From the NCBI RefSeq assembly GCF_009914755.1, contig NC_060930.1: a DNA stretch of 64,000 nucleotides; one strand, written 5' to 3'. Position numbers and translations under genes: made by a program. The stretch's first letter is position 1, and every line of letters starts with the position of its first letter. Of the stretch, positions 40,441 through 55,300 are shown piece after piece. This stretch comes from the human T2T-CHM13v2.0 reference genome, Homo sapiens. Below the pieces are notes generated by a model that was not told the origin of the DNA, ran no database searches, and was given only the letters and a program-made list of their open reading frames with translations.

Positions 40441-42486
40441 CTACTATTTTTCTATTGTGGAGGACTCAACAATCTATGTTAAGTTTTTTAAGTGTTTTAA
40501 AAATATTATAAAAATTTACTTCTAAAGTACTTTTCTTTTTCCTAAAAACATTGTATGACACATCTTAATTCCAAAAAGGATGGGAATTTCTAGATTGTAA
40601 GAATGGTCTCCCTTGCAGTTGAAAGACCCTCCTAGTACCATTGTCTGATTCACCCTCTCCTGAAGAAGGCCCAGAGCCACTGGGGACTGGCAAGCCAGGT
40701 TCTGTGTCCACCTCACTGTGCATAGTGATGACCAACTTTCTCAACATTCAGAGAGGTTAGAAAACCATTTTATTTTGAAACATTTATACAGTATTTAAAG
40801 TACTTAATCTGTACAACAGTTTTAGTGGGAAAAGTTGACTCATTTTGGATTAAAGCCAGCAAAAACTCACTGCAGCTCTTTTATCTCTCATAAATTCTAC
40901 ATAGAAAGTGACTTTTAGTAGATTTGTGACCAACTAAGGTATTATAATGGTGGATATAATGGAGGGCTGTTTTATTTCCTTTAGTGATGGCCTGTTCTTT
41001 TTTCCTTTCTGTTTCTGTTTTTCCATATCTTGATTCCAAGAAGTTCTAGCTTTACCTGTCCAAGTCATTCATTAGTTTACTCAAGTCAGTAGTAAGTTGA
41101 AAATAATAATTCTCTTCTATCAGAGTTGTAGAACCTGAGATAATATGTTTTTGGAAGGGCTGTGAAAATGGTATATAAGTGATGAAATAGTAAAGTACTC
41201 TATACCCTTTGTACTTAAAGTAATATACTTAAGTATATTACTTTCCAGTCCTTACAATACCACTTAGTACCTGGAAATTCAGTTACTGTTCTGACTCATG
41301 AGGTTAGAAACAGTGTTTGTTGATTTTTGTTCCTCAGTTTAGATTTGAAAACACATGCATTAATTTTTAGCAGGTATTTACTGCATCTCTGTTGTGTGCC
41401 AGGTGCTGCGTGTATTTGCCACTGTCGGGGGGCAAGAGAAGTCCCAGCTTATACCTCATGGAATCTACAGTCTAGCATGAGGGTGAAACGTGGACTTCGC
41501 CTTCCTCTATTTGCATTTCCATTAGGAAGAGAAAGCAAGCTTTGAATTGTTCAAAGAATGAAGAATGAGGCTTCCTAGAGATTGTGTGGTGAAGATGATC
41601 TTTGAGCAGGGCCTTGAGAAATACTTAGGATTTCGCACGTTTAGCGCGTGCTTTTCTCAGTGGTGCAAGAAGATTAAGCCACATTCTGGCTTTAGAGAGG
41701 CATTTCTGAGAGAGATGAAGGACACTTCGTTCCCCAGCCCCAACCTAAGCATGTGACTGTACTCACCTTGTCAGATGCTGTTGGAACCTGGCTGACAAGG
41801 ACAAGGACCTATGCATTTTTTCCTGCCCTGGAACAAAATTGCCCTTGTTGGACAGGCAGTGATGTTCTGTGCGCCTTTTGACTATACTGTGAAATGTTTG
41901 TGGTTTGTAATGGGGATTTTATCCATCTGAGCATGCTACACTTTTTATTAGTTTCCATGGCAGATGGTTAAACTAGGGTGCTGCCTTAATAATTTGACTT
42001 ATGCAGGTGCTCAGATATGACTGTTTCTGTGCTTAATGTATTCAGCATGTGGTTGTAGTCGTTTGAAAAGTTACATAATCATGTGTTCATGACCTGAGTT
42101 AGAGATAATTTATTAGTGACTCAGCATTAATGACTCATTTTATGCAACTCTTCTGGTAAAGCAACGTTTCTGTTCATGTGAGCATATTGTAGCATGCTAG
42201 GTGACCAACCACATCTACCTTGTTTCCTTCCTAGGTAGTACCTTTAGGTATTCCATTACAGGAGGGCTGCCCCACTCCCGGAGGTGCATTGAATACAGAG
42301 AGGGCATAGTTGGTGGAGAAAAGCCCTCCTTGGGATCATCTGTAGCTGGTAATAGGGGCTGAGAAGCTCAGGGCTACATCATGGTTGAATGTTTGTGGAT
42401 TCAGTGATCTGCATGGCAGGTTTCAAAACCATATAATGTTAAGAGATATGAATTGCAAAACCACAACCCCTCAGACTTTTCTATAC

Positions 42487-42686
42487 AGTAAGTCCTCAAT
42501 ATTGTTAAGTTCTTGGAAACTGCAGCTTTAGGTGAAACAACACTTAGTATGTAGTATATACGTAGGATCTTTTTTCTTGTTTATATCAGTTAGCTTAAGG
42601 TAAAATTGTTTTCATATGCAGGTCATTTTTGCTTTAAAGTTCAGCTTCTAAGAACCTATCCTTGAAGTTAAGTGAGGACTTAACTG
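42487..42686. mobile_element. MER82-like TcMar-Tigger MITE
   Basis: TA-flanked TIRs cagtaagtcctca...tgaggacttaactg. Confidence 0.7.
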
Positions 42687-44016
42687 TACTTTTTGCAGGT
42701 AAATTTACTGTATTGAGCGAAATGAATAGTGGAAACTTACCTAGTTTTTTACCCTGGAAAGGAATTTAAACCGATAAAATGCACTTACTAGAATTTGGTG
42801 GATGTTCCGCTTTTATCTGCCAGCTTTATCACGAAGGATTTCCTCAGTGGGAACACTGAGAGAAAGGATCTGCATAGTGGGACTGGAAGGGTGGAGTAGT
42901 GTGTGAATGAAGTCAACTAGGTATTTAAAAAATATTCTTACATTCCCTGACTATAGCCATAATTAACGTCATTGTCCTGGTGAGTCTGTCTTCTTTTTTT
43001 AGACCAAGTCTGAAGAAATGGGTGGCAGATGTTGTACTGTTCTGATGTACTGCAGAGTGCTATAGTAGGTCAGAGGATGAAGCACTGTGGACCAGTGTGG
43101 TCAGGGAAGCTTCCTGCAGAGTCAGGGAGTGAGCTGGACCTTAATGTTCATTTCGGTTCCGTAAACATTTGAGAGCTCGCTCTAGGCTAGACTCTGTTGG
43201 GCTTTGGCTCTACAGTGGTGAAAAAGGCACTGTTCCTGCCCAGATGGATCGTCTATCGTGTGTCAGAGGGTGGATATTGTTTGCATGGATATAATGTTGT
43301 CTTTGCTGATGACAATTGCCATATATATTCCTGTAATTTGTGTGTGTGTGCTATGTCCATTATTTAGTGTAGCCCTCATAACATCTCTCTACAGCTTTGT
43401 ATTAATATCCTTGCTGTACAGTTGGGGAACCTGAGGTTCTGAGATGTTAATGAAATTGTCTGAGGTTGCAGAGCCAGATGATGGCAGATCTGAGATTTGA
43501 ATTTGTGTCTGTGTGTTTTTCTATCTATAAGACACTGCTTCAAAAAGGTGAAGGGAAGAGGCACCCTTAAACAGAGTTATGAATGACTGTGGTATGTGTG
43601 TGTTTTGGACATGGAAGAGTTTGGTGAAGTGTTGGAGAGTAGTGGAAAGCAAAGCGGGATCGACAGGTGGGACCAGACATACATAGTCATGTTTATAAAC
43701 AATAGTAATAAATGTTTGTGGCATGAAAGAAGACAGTGCTTTTGGTTTGGGCCGTATTCCAAGACCATAAGAAGACTCTCATATTCAAATAGAATTGTCA
43801 AAAAATCAAATGTGAGTGTAAAAATTACCATTCCATTCAGTGCATTTTTTCACCAATGTGGATAACTGAGAGTTGACAGCACTGGCTATGCTTAATCAAT
43901 TATGGAAATAATAGTCTTAAAGAAGTAACAGACATCAGTCACCATGATACTATGATAATGTACACATGAGCCTAACTCTTAATTGTAGCCAGTTATTGTA
44001 AACTGAAGGGATTTGA

Positions 44017-44326
<310 letters not shown>

Positions 44327-45486
44327 GAGGAACAGCTCTTCTTTTAAATGTCTTAGGAGTTCTTATTTTGAATAAGGAACCTTTCTAGCAAAGAGGCAGA
44401 AATGAAACTTTTGTTTTATATTTAGGTCAGAATTTCATTTCACCTAAACTGGCTTATCTATTTTTATACCAAAGCTCAGTAGTGTGAGTTAATTTTTTAT
44501 CACTGTAATAGTTATACATATTGGTAAATGCTAAGAATGAAAAATAGCAATGTTCTAACTCCTGTCTCCCCCCCTCCCCCCACCTGTTGTCCTGGCCACT
44601 TAACAAAGGCTCATACTATTATTTTTTTGATGAATCAATTTTAGGATTTTGTCTATTGACTTCATTCCCATCTCGTTAGGCTGAGATTTAGCACTCTTCT
44701 CTTTCTTTCATAGTCACTCAACCCAGCTTTGCCCTATCATCTAATCATTCCAGTATTACTGTATCACAAATATTGGTTATTATTCAGTGTTTACACTATT
44801 TAAACTATGTCACTGTTATTCCCAGATGAGCCAAGTAGGGTACTATGATTGTATTCCTTCATTATTTAACTCTTTTCTCCTCATGATAAAAATTTTCCCC
44901 CCAGTGGTTTAGTTTATCTATTGCAAAACCTTCCTACATCTTCAGCATGATTTCATACATTCAAACCAATTAGATGGTTTATCAGTTCATTTTTTTGTTT
45001 TGTTTTGTTTTTGTTTTTTTCCTGAAGACCTCCATCTGAGAGTCCTTTGTCATCCTTCTGCTCTCTGGATTGGTTGCTCAGTGGGCCTGCTGCCCAGGTG
45101 ATTTCCTGAACTTCCTTTTAATCATCATCTTGGGAATTCTCTTTGCCCCCTATTTATTCCACGTGTCGTTTATGGAATCTTGTATTTTTTTGGTTAAACT
45201 CCTTTTTGTTGGAACATAATCTCCAGTATCTTCCTAAGAAAGTATTTGTAAGTCATAAAGTATAAGACTTTTAATCTCTGTAAATGTCTTAATTGCTTTC
45301 ACACTTGATAGTTTGGCTGGGTACAGATTTCTAGGTAGTTTTCTTCAGAATTTTGTCTTCACATTTCCAGAGTTTTTAGAAGCATAGTAGTTAAGAGCTC
45401 AGGCCCCGGAGCTAGACTCAGTTTACATTCTAGCTCCATCACTTAGTAATGCCATGACTTTAAATATATTATCTAATTTATCTTTA

Positions 45487-45733
45487 TAGTTGTCCCTTGA
45501 CTATCATGGTTTGAACTTTGTGGATCCACTTATATGTGGAATTTTTTCAATCAAATACGGATCAAAAATACAGTATTTCTGGGATGCAAAATCCATGTTT
45601 ATATGGAGAGGATTATACACAAAATCAACGTTTGTATGCTCAAGTTCTTGTGGGCTGACTGCGGGATTTGAGTATGTGAGAATTTGGGTATACGTGCACA
45701 GTCCTGCAACCATCCCCCTTGTGTACCAGACTG
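45487..45733. mobile_element. TcMar-Tigger MITE (MER2/MER46-like) inside a MIR
   Basis: tagttgtcccttgactatcatggtttgaactttgtggatccacttat...accagactgta. Confidence 0.6.
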
Positions 45734-46756
45734 TACTATGATTTTCTCATTTGTGAAATGGATTTATAAATAATACTTTCCTCATATGGGATTTGTTGTA
45801 AGGATTCAGTTGGTTACTATAGCCATTTAGAAAAGTGGCTGGCACATGATGAGGGCTTTTTAAAATTGACTATTATTACTCTAGGTCCTTTATATGTGAC
45901 CTAAAAAACATTCAAAAGTTTATGCATGTGTTCTTTTTCCTAGGTATTCTGAAATTTCATAATGGTCTGCTTTAGTAACTTTTTTCACATTAACAAGGTA
46001 GAGACCCATTTGGTGGAAACGATGCTCTTCAGTTCCAGGGCTTTTTGGTTGTTGTTGCTTTAAGAATTACTACCCACCTGCATCCTGGATTTTCTCTGTT
46101 TTCTCTAACCTACTAGTCAGATGTTTAACCTCTTAGAATAACTTCCTGACTTTTAAAGTTTTACATGTTTGACTTTCTGAGAGATTTCCTTACTTTATTT
46201 TTTAAGCTTTTCTAATCAAAATTATTTCAGAGCCATGATGGTTTTCATTTCTAACATCTTGTTCTAATCTACTGGCTGCTCCAGTTCTTATTTTATGAGC
46301 ACTATATTTTCTCATACTTCTGTGAGGATACAAATTATGGTTTTAAACAATTTTTTTTTTTGTCCATGCATTAGATCTGCTTTTTTTGAGGTTTTTTAAA
46401 GAGGTGTGTGTGAGTGTGTATAGGGGTGGTTCTGTGTGAATCTCCCCACCACCACCCAGATTTTTTATAATTGAGGTCTTCTTTAAATGTCTAATGATCC
46501 TTGACTATTTATTCAAATGTAAGAGTAGTGCACCATGAATCTCTTTGGCATCTTTTGTGTGTGTATATGTAGGGGGTGTTTAGCTGGTGAGCTTTATTGT
46601 ATTATATAATGACCTGGGGGAGAACCAGCTGTTTTCTTGGGACTGCCAAAGGTCAGCATCCAAGCAGCTTTCTCCATAGTGGTCCAGTTTCTTTCAGTAA
46701 GAAACTTCCAGTCACACACCTGTGAATATACTCCTGTTGCCAGCATTCTCAGAGCT

Positions 46757-46757
<1 letters not shown>

Positions 46758-46822
<65 letters not shown>
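46758..46822. repeat. (GT)~32 perfect microsatellite
   Basis: Uninterrupted GT run of about 64 bp. Confidence 0.97.
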
Positions 46823-46825
<3 letters not shown>

Positions 46826-48655
46826 GGAAAGAGGTAGACCTAGTTATATGAAAGTTGGAGGAGCAGGAGGAGGGAGGAGGAGGAGCTAATATTGAGTATT
46901 TATTTTGTACCAGACACCATCCTAAGTGCTATAGCTCACTCAGTCCTCACATCAGCTCTGCAGCTTTGCACCTGTTATTGTCATCTTTTTTTTTTAGATG
47001 AGGAAAGTGAGGTACAGAGACGTTAAGCAGCTTGCCCAAAGTAAGGCATCTCTGCTAATTGACAGAGCTGAAATTGAACTCAGGAACCTTCTAGATTCTA
47101 TGTATTTGGCTTTTCACAACATCATTCTTGTTTTCAATCCTTGTCACTATCTCTGCTGTGCCTGAGATTCCCAAAACGAGTTGTGGTTAACCCAGAGAAT
47201 AACCCTTCAGTGCCTGATGTTGGTGGAGAGAAGAATTGCCTAGTTACATCTCATATGGCTCAGCAGGGGAGAGGAGTGCCCTCATGGTTGCTAAATGTGG
47301 GAATGGAATGTGAGGCAGGAGGCAGGTGAGAGGTTAGTACAGGTGGGAGGTGTCCCCGCTGTGTGGGGAGGAGGGACTTTTGCCACTAGTTCTGTTACAG
47401 GTTTGGGATTCTAGGACACTGGACACTAATGTGCCTAATCTGTAAGGCATTCTAGACTGCATCTTGTGCAGTTCATTCATCTTCCCGCCTCGCAAGCCAG
47501 CAGAGCCTGACTTGGGGCCTCAGCTCTGCATGGAGCTACCTATTGGGCCTTCAACAGCGAGGGTTTTAGTCAGAAACACAGAAATGAATCCTTAGTGCAC
47601 TGGGCAGTGGGTATCGTATTTTACTAGGAGGTTTTTGTCTAGAAGTTGGTCATTTCTCTGGGATATGGTATAGGATGGGTGGGAAGGGTGCCACAAGGAA
47701 AAACATGAGAATTTGTACTGTGCAACAGTTTGGTGTTTCCAGTTGGGTCCACCCACAACCTTGACTCCAAACTTCCAAAACAAACACACCTGTGCATTTT
47801 GCCCAAGATTCTATTGCTGGGTGTTTTTATTGTACCTTCTGGCAACCTACATTTGGTTTCTCTTCCTCATTGTTGCTGTTTTAGGGAATTCTTACTGACA
47901 TGTGTTGTTTTTTCCACTTGGCCTAGTTAGATTTGGTCTACTAAAATACAGAGGAGATTGTCTCTATCTTAGGGACTTTTCTTTATCCTCCTAGTCAAGC
48001 TCACTTCCAGCCTTTCTTTTTCCTCCCTGTATATAATCCCTGTGACAACGTTTAAGGCAGAACCGAGATTTGTATGTTTTAGCTCTGTTCTTTCTTTGCT
48101 GGTTAAATTTTTAGAGTTTAAGGAAGAGTTCATTAATCAGAACCTTAACATTAAAAAAAAAAAAAAAAAAGAATAACCTCGAAAGCACCATCCTTGTCAG
48201 AAAGCTCTATTTTGTAAACTCCTTGGTAGCAGAAATAAATGTTTGATGGCTTTGTTTAAAAAGGCAGTATGAGTTAATGTTTAGGACTTGGGAAGTTAAT
48301 TTTATACAGAAAACAAGAGTGTAAAAACCATCTATTGTCTCTCTATTCACTTGATGTTTTTCACAATTTTAGATTTTTTTTTAACCTCTTCAGGAAATTC
48401 GCTACAGATGGCATTTGTGACTAATTAGGGAATCACTTAAACATGACCAAAGAGCTTTTGCTTGTCTCCTAGGCCTTAAAATTTTGTTTTCCTTTAATTG
48501 TGCTTTGAAAAACCTAACTATCTATTTTCAAGATTGAAAACACCTTAGGGGAGTCAGGCTCTGTAATGTAAACTGAACTTTTCCCCTAGTAATGAAACAC
48601 TTGTTTAAGTGATCAATATCTCTTTTTTAAAAAAAGCATTATTATATTTTAAATC

Positions 48656-48935
48656 AGCATTGTGCAATAGAAACATAATATTAACCACATATGTAATATT
48701 AAATTTTAAATAGACACATTAAAAGTAAGAAACAGGTGAAATTAATTTTTAATATACTTTAACTCAATATATCTAAAATATTTCAGCATGTAATCGATAT
48801 ACAAACTACTAATTTGATAACCGATACTCTTTTTTTATACTAAGTCTTTGAAATCTGGCACATCTCAATTTGGACTAGCCACGCTGGCAAGTGCCCAGTT
48901 GCCACATGTGGCTAGTAACTACCATATTGGACTGT
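48656..48935. mobile_element. MER33/MER3-like hAT-Charlie MITE
   Basis: cagcattgtgcaatagaaacataat...ccacatgtggctagtaactaccatattggac. Confidence 0.75.
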
Positions 48936-49047
48936 AGTTTTAGACAAGTCTCTTTCTTTTTGAGGGCTGTGGCAGAGCTCCATGCTTACCCAGAGAACTT
49001 GTTAATGAATGTCCAATAGGACCTTGGATAAAAGGCATTTAAAAACC

Positions 49048-50375
49048 CTTTTATTTGGAAATAATTTCAAACTTACATAAAAATTGGAATAAAGTACAAA
49101 GAATACTCTTACTCAAATTCAGCTATGAACATTTTGCTTTATTCTGTCCTTTGCACTTCCATGTGCACGCATACACTCTCTCTCTTTCTCTCTCTTGTTA
49201 TATATGTAAGGTGTTCTTCCCCCCTGGATCATTTGAGAGTGTACATCTTGGTCCTTTACTCTAAAATACTTCAATGTGTATTTCCTAAGAACAAGAACAT
49301 AACCACTATAGTACAGTTAGTTATCAACTTCAGGAAATTTAACGTCAATTCAATACTTAAATTATTCTCCATACTCCACTTTTGTCAACTGATGAACTAT
49401 CCTCTGTAGTTTTTCTTTATTCCTCTACACAGGATACAGTTTAGGACCACACACTGCATTTAGTTGTTAGGTATCTTTAGACCCCTGTAATCTGGAATAG
49501 CTCTTCAGTTTTTCCTTGTGTTTTATGACATTGACCTTTTAGAAGAATGCTCCTCTTTCTTTTTAATAGAATGTTTGGTATTTTGTGTTTTTTTCCCTTT
49601 TTTCTTTTGTTTTTGTTATTAAATTTAGATTAATCATCCCAAGCCAGAATACTACATAAATGATGTGTCCTTTTCAGGGTGTCACATGTGGAGGTGCACA
49701 GTAGCTATCTGCCCCTCATTGGTGATGTTAATTTTGATCACCTGGCCAAAGTGCTGTCCATTTTCTCAACTGTGTTGTTATTGGTTTTTTTCCCCCTGTA
49801 TTTGATAATCTGTTGAGAGATCACTTCAAAACCATGCAAATATCCTATTCCTTATCAGAATTTCTTCCCTAGATTTATGATCCATTGATGATTCTTCCAT
49901 GAGCCAGTCTTTTCTATGATGGTTGCAAAAACGGTGATTTTCCAATTCCACTACTCCCTCCATGAGTACTGGCAGCTGACACATGTAATCAAGAGCCTCC
50001 TGTTGTTCCCTATCCACCCACCTACCTATCTGTGAACTCTTGGATTTCCACTTTTTTCTTCAATGATTATTTCCTTTGATTATTTGGATTCAAATTTGGT
50101 CAAAGTGTCCCAGATTTGGCCAGCAGGAGCCCCTTTAGGTTGGCTCGTGTCCTTTTGGTGCACCCCAGTCACTGGCAGTGGTAGGTGGGCACCTCTTTAT
50201 TTATTTTCTAGCTTAACAAGATGTTTCAGCATCATCTTGTACTTACCCTGCCCTGGGTCTGGAAGCAGTAATTTCTCTGAGGAATGCTGTTTCAATGGGG
50301 AATGGTATTAGAAACCAACATCTGGCCTCTAGAGGTGTTCATTGTTACCGGAATATCTTTGCTGCTGGACTCGTT
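49048..50375 (-). mobile_element. Old L1M 3' region
   Basis: ttttatttggaaataatttcaaactta start and gatgttaattttgatcacctggccaa motif typical of antisense L1MC-type 3' ends. Confidence 0.55.
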
Positions 50376-50381
50376 CAACAG

Positions 50382-50413
<32 letters not shown>

Positions 50414-50532
50414 GTATATATACGTGTATATATACACGTATATATATATATATACGTGTATATATACACGTATATATATATATATATATACGTGTATATA
50501 TACACGTATATATATATATATACGTGTATATA

Positions 50533-50563
<31 letters not shown>

Positions 50564-50580
50564 ATACCTACATACACACA
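50382..50580. repeat. Compound (CA)n/(TA)n/CGTGTATATATACACG microsatellite containing a 132-bp perfect palindrome
   Basis: Four self-complementary 16-mers separated by (TA)8, (TA)10 and (TA)8; symmetric over 50415-50546. Confidence 0.95.
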
Positions 50581-50664
50581 TTCAGTAGCAGTCTGGGTTC
50601 AATTAGGAGACGGAAACCACACAGTGGGTTAAACACAGGAAGTTTAATATAAAGAATAATTAAC

Positions 50665-50986
<322 letters not shown>

Positions 50987-51910
50987 ATTGAAAAGAGAGA
51001 AACAGCAAGATATAAAGAGACTCTGTATAGTACCCTAGGGCCGAAGGAGATGATGCAAGGGAGGATAAGCTGGGAAGGGGTTCAGATCTTATTGGAGAAG
51101 GTGTGGTTCAGCCTAGCACATAGCACGGAAGTTTGTTAGCTTAGTTAGACTAGAGCTGGTCTAGAGTTGTTGGGCAATCAGTAAATAACCCTCTGGAGTG
51201 CAGGCAAGGGAGGAGGCTGTCCCTCCATGGTAGTGGTGGAGTGTGGGCAGAGGGCCTTCAAAGTGAATGGCCCATGCAGGGGATGGGATGGAGAGGGACT
51301 TGCAGAAGGAGTGACTGCTCACTTTTTGACCCTCAGGCCATTGGCAGCTGGGAGTATGGACAAGTGGCAGGATCACTGGTTTCTATGTTGAGGAGCTATA
51401 GAAAGATTGTCACTAGGCCAAAGCTGTAAGGTCATAGGACTGTGTGCTGGGCTAGTGGATAGGCGGACTTTCCTGGATTTTCTCATACCTTCATGGCATC
51501 TTCCACTCTGAAGAGCCCTGGAAGTTTCAGGAACTATTTTCATCTTGTGGTGTCCCTCTAGTCCTTTTTCTGGAGAAAGCTTAACCTTGTGCTCACTTTA
51601 AAGGAGGAATGTTTAAAGGAATTCTATTGTTTATTATAGAGCACGTATTGATGGGTTGGGAGCTGAGAGGCAATAAACTGACATACACACACACGTACAT
51701 ACATGCATATATGTATACACATTACATATATGTGTTTTAGAAATCATGAATTTACACCAGTATTTCCAATTCCAGACCACCCCTATACCTTCCCCCATTT
51801 CGTTTTTGTAATCCCTTCTTCCATAGTTTGCTTAATGCTATAATACATCTAAAAATAATTTCAGGTTTACTACACCTGTACTAATATAAAAACCAAACCT
51901 ACCAAAAGGA

Positions 51911-52282
51911 TGTCATGGACTGAATGTTTGTATCCTCCAAAAATTCATATGTTGAAGCCCTAACCTCCAATGTGATGATGTTTGGAGAAGGGGCCTCTAA
52001 GAAGTAATTAACATTAGATGAAGTCATGAGGGTGGGGCCCTCGTGATGAGATTAGTGCCCTAAAAGAAGACACATCGGAGAGCTTGCGCGAAGAAGAGGT
52101 CATGTGAGCTCACAGTGAGATGGTGGCCACCTATAAATGAGAAGAGCTCTCAGGGTGAAACCTACCTTGCCAGCACCTTAACCTTGGACTTTCTAGCCTC
52201 CAGAACTGTGAGAAATAAATTTCTGTTGTTTGAATTACCCAGTCTATGGTATTTGATATGGCAGCACAAGCAGGTTAATACA
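51911..52282 (+). mobile_element. MLT1A/B-type MaLR LTR
   Basis: tgtcatggactgaatgtttgtatcctccaaaattcatatgttgaa...ccagaactgtgagaaataaatttctgttg. Confidence 0.8.
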
Positions 52283-52352
52283 GAAAAGTTCAGAATTTGC
52301 TTGCAGTTCTTCTTCACCTTCCCTCTGCCCACCTTCCCAAACTAGCTATGTA

Positions 52353-53386
52353 CAGTTGGCCTCTGTGTGAGTCTACTTATTCTCAGATTGTTTTCAATAA
52401 TATATTGGAACAATTTTTAGAGATTTGTGACAATTTGAAAAAATTCACAGATGAGCTGCATAGCCTAGAAATATTGAAAAAATTAAGAAAACGTGTCATG
52501 AATGCATAAAATAAATGCAGGTACTGTTCTATTTTGTCATTTACTGCCTACCCTAAAATATATACAAATTTATTATAAAATGTTAAAATTTATCAAAACT
52601 TACACACACAAACAGACCACACGTGGTGCTACTTTCAGTCAAGGGAAATACAGACAAACATAAAGATGTAGTAGTATTAAATTGTAACTGCATAAACTTA
52701 ACTGTAGTATGTACTACACTACTGTAATAATTTTGTAGCCTCGTCCTGTTGCTATTGCAATGAGCTCCAGTGTCGCGAGTATCCGCTTAAAATATTGTGT
52801 GATGCTTGTCATCCCAGTGTGAGCAGTTTGTCCCCAGTGAATTGCGCATCACAGTAAAAAGTGCCCTCTCACTGTTCTCATGTATTTTTCCTCCTGTTTC
52901 GTGCAATACTGTAAACCTTGAATAACCACCATGAGATCCATATGAAATGGCACTAGTGATGCTGGAAGTGCTCCCAAGAAGCAGAGAAAAGTCATGACAT
53001 TACAAGAAAAAGTTGAATTACTTGATAGATACTGGAGACAGGTCTGCAGCTGGGGTGGCTGCCATTTCAGACAGACAGTTCATCTTGTAAACAGGAAGTG
53101 TAAACTTGCCATATGGATAAATACAGTACAGTACGGTGAATGTATTTTCTCTTCCTTATGATTGTCTTAATAATGTTTTCTTTTTCTAGCTTTATTGTAA
53201 GAATATGGTATATAATACATAAAACAAAATACATGTTAATTTACTGTTTATGTTATTGGTAAGGCTACTGATCAGCAATAGACATGAGTAAATAAGTTTT
53301 AGGGGAGGTAAAAGTTATATGCAGATCTTCAACTGTGTGGGGGTTGGCACCCCTAACCCCCGCACGCATTGTTCAGGGGTTAGCTG
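52353..53386 (+). mobile_element. Tigger2-derived internally deleted DNA transposon
   Basis: TA-flanked ends cagttggcc...gttcaggggttagctg; contains transposase N-terminal fragment (SAPKKQRKVMTLQEKVELLD). Confidence 0.8.
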
Positions 53387-53446
53387 TAGTTAAATACGGA
53401 AGCTCCTAAGTTGCTTATATTGATTACCCTCTACTCCCCTTTCAGT

Positions 53447-54105
<659 letters not shown>

Positions 54106-54149
54106 ATATACTTAAGTAATTATACTTAATTACTTAATGTGGTTAAGTA

Positions 54150-55300
54150 ATTCATTTAAAATACAGTTGTTTTTGTTTCAGTTTGCTTTTAGTTTTTTGA
54201 TCTTTTCCTCTTCATTCTTATTGATTTTATGTTTTGAATATATAGAACATTAACATGCATTTGAAAGTCAAAACCACATAAAAAGGTATATCCAGAGAAG
54301 TAACATTACATTCATCCCTCCCACTTCATCCACCCATCTTGTAGATACTAACTTCATTATTTTCTGATTTATTTTGTTCCTTCTGTAAAAATAGGCAGAT
54401 GTGTGTGGTGTGTATTTATGTTTTCTTATTTTCTTCTCTGCCTTTGACAAAAGGACTGTTTTTGCACTTTGCTGTTTTCGTTTAACATCTGGAGATCATT
54501 CCATGTCAGTTCATGTGCATCTTCCTCATTTCTTTTTTACAGCACATGGTGTGCCATTATGTGTACACATATACTACTGTATATCGTAGTACTATATTTT
54601 ACCCAACAACTCTCCAAGTTTGAATGCTTAGGGAGTTCCTGTATTTTGCAATTACAGATAATGCTGCAGTGAATAATTTGTGTGTATGTTGGACGTGTAT
54701 CTTCAGGGTAAATTCTTAGAAGTGAAATCGCTGCATTGTAATGTGAAGACATATATAGTTTTCTTAGATATTGCCAAACTTCTTTCCATAATGATGAACC
54801 ATTTTGCATTCCCAGCAGCAATTTATGAGAATACCATTTTCTCCCACAGCTTCACCCATAGTATATTACCAAGCTTTTACATTGTTGCCAATATGGTAGA
54901 AGAAAATGGCACTACAGTGTGGTTTTAATTTGGATATCTCCTATTATGAGTAAGGTTGAACATATTTTCAAACATTTAAGGGCCATTTAAAAAATCTTGT
55001 GAATTGTCTATATCTTTCATCTATTTTTCTATAGAAATTTTGGTCACCTTCAAATTGTAAAATGTCTATGTATATTGCAGACAGTAATATTAGTCTTTTA
55101 TCTGTGGTGTATATTACAAATGTCTTCTCTCAATTTGTTAACTTTGACTTTGCTTAGTGTATTTTTTGCCATGCAGAAGGTTTAAAACTTTTTTTTATCT
55201 AGTCAAATTTGTCAGTCTCTTATTGCGCTGGATTTTGAGTCATAATTGGAAAGTCTTTTTCCACATGTAAGTGATAGAGGAATTCACCCATATTTTCTTG
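54150..55300 (-). mobile_element. Old L1M 3' region
   Basis: Antisense L1 end; ORF 54537-54821 resembles the degenerate ORF2 tail (LWKEVWQYLRKL...YNAAISLLRIYP). Confidence 0.65.

Noticed and set aside
50284-50652. Y/I/H/V-rich ORFs in all six frames; repeat-spacer appearance
   Set aside because: Translation of a stop-free dinucleotide microsatellite; the spacers are only (TA)n.
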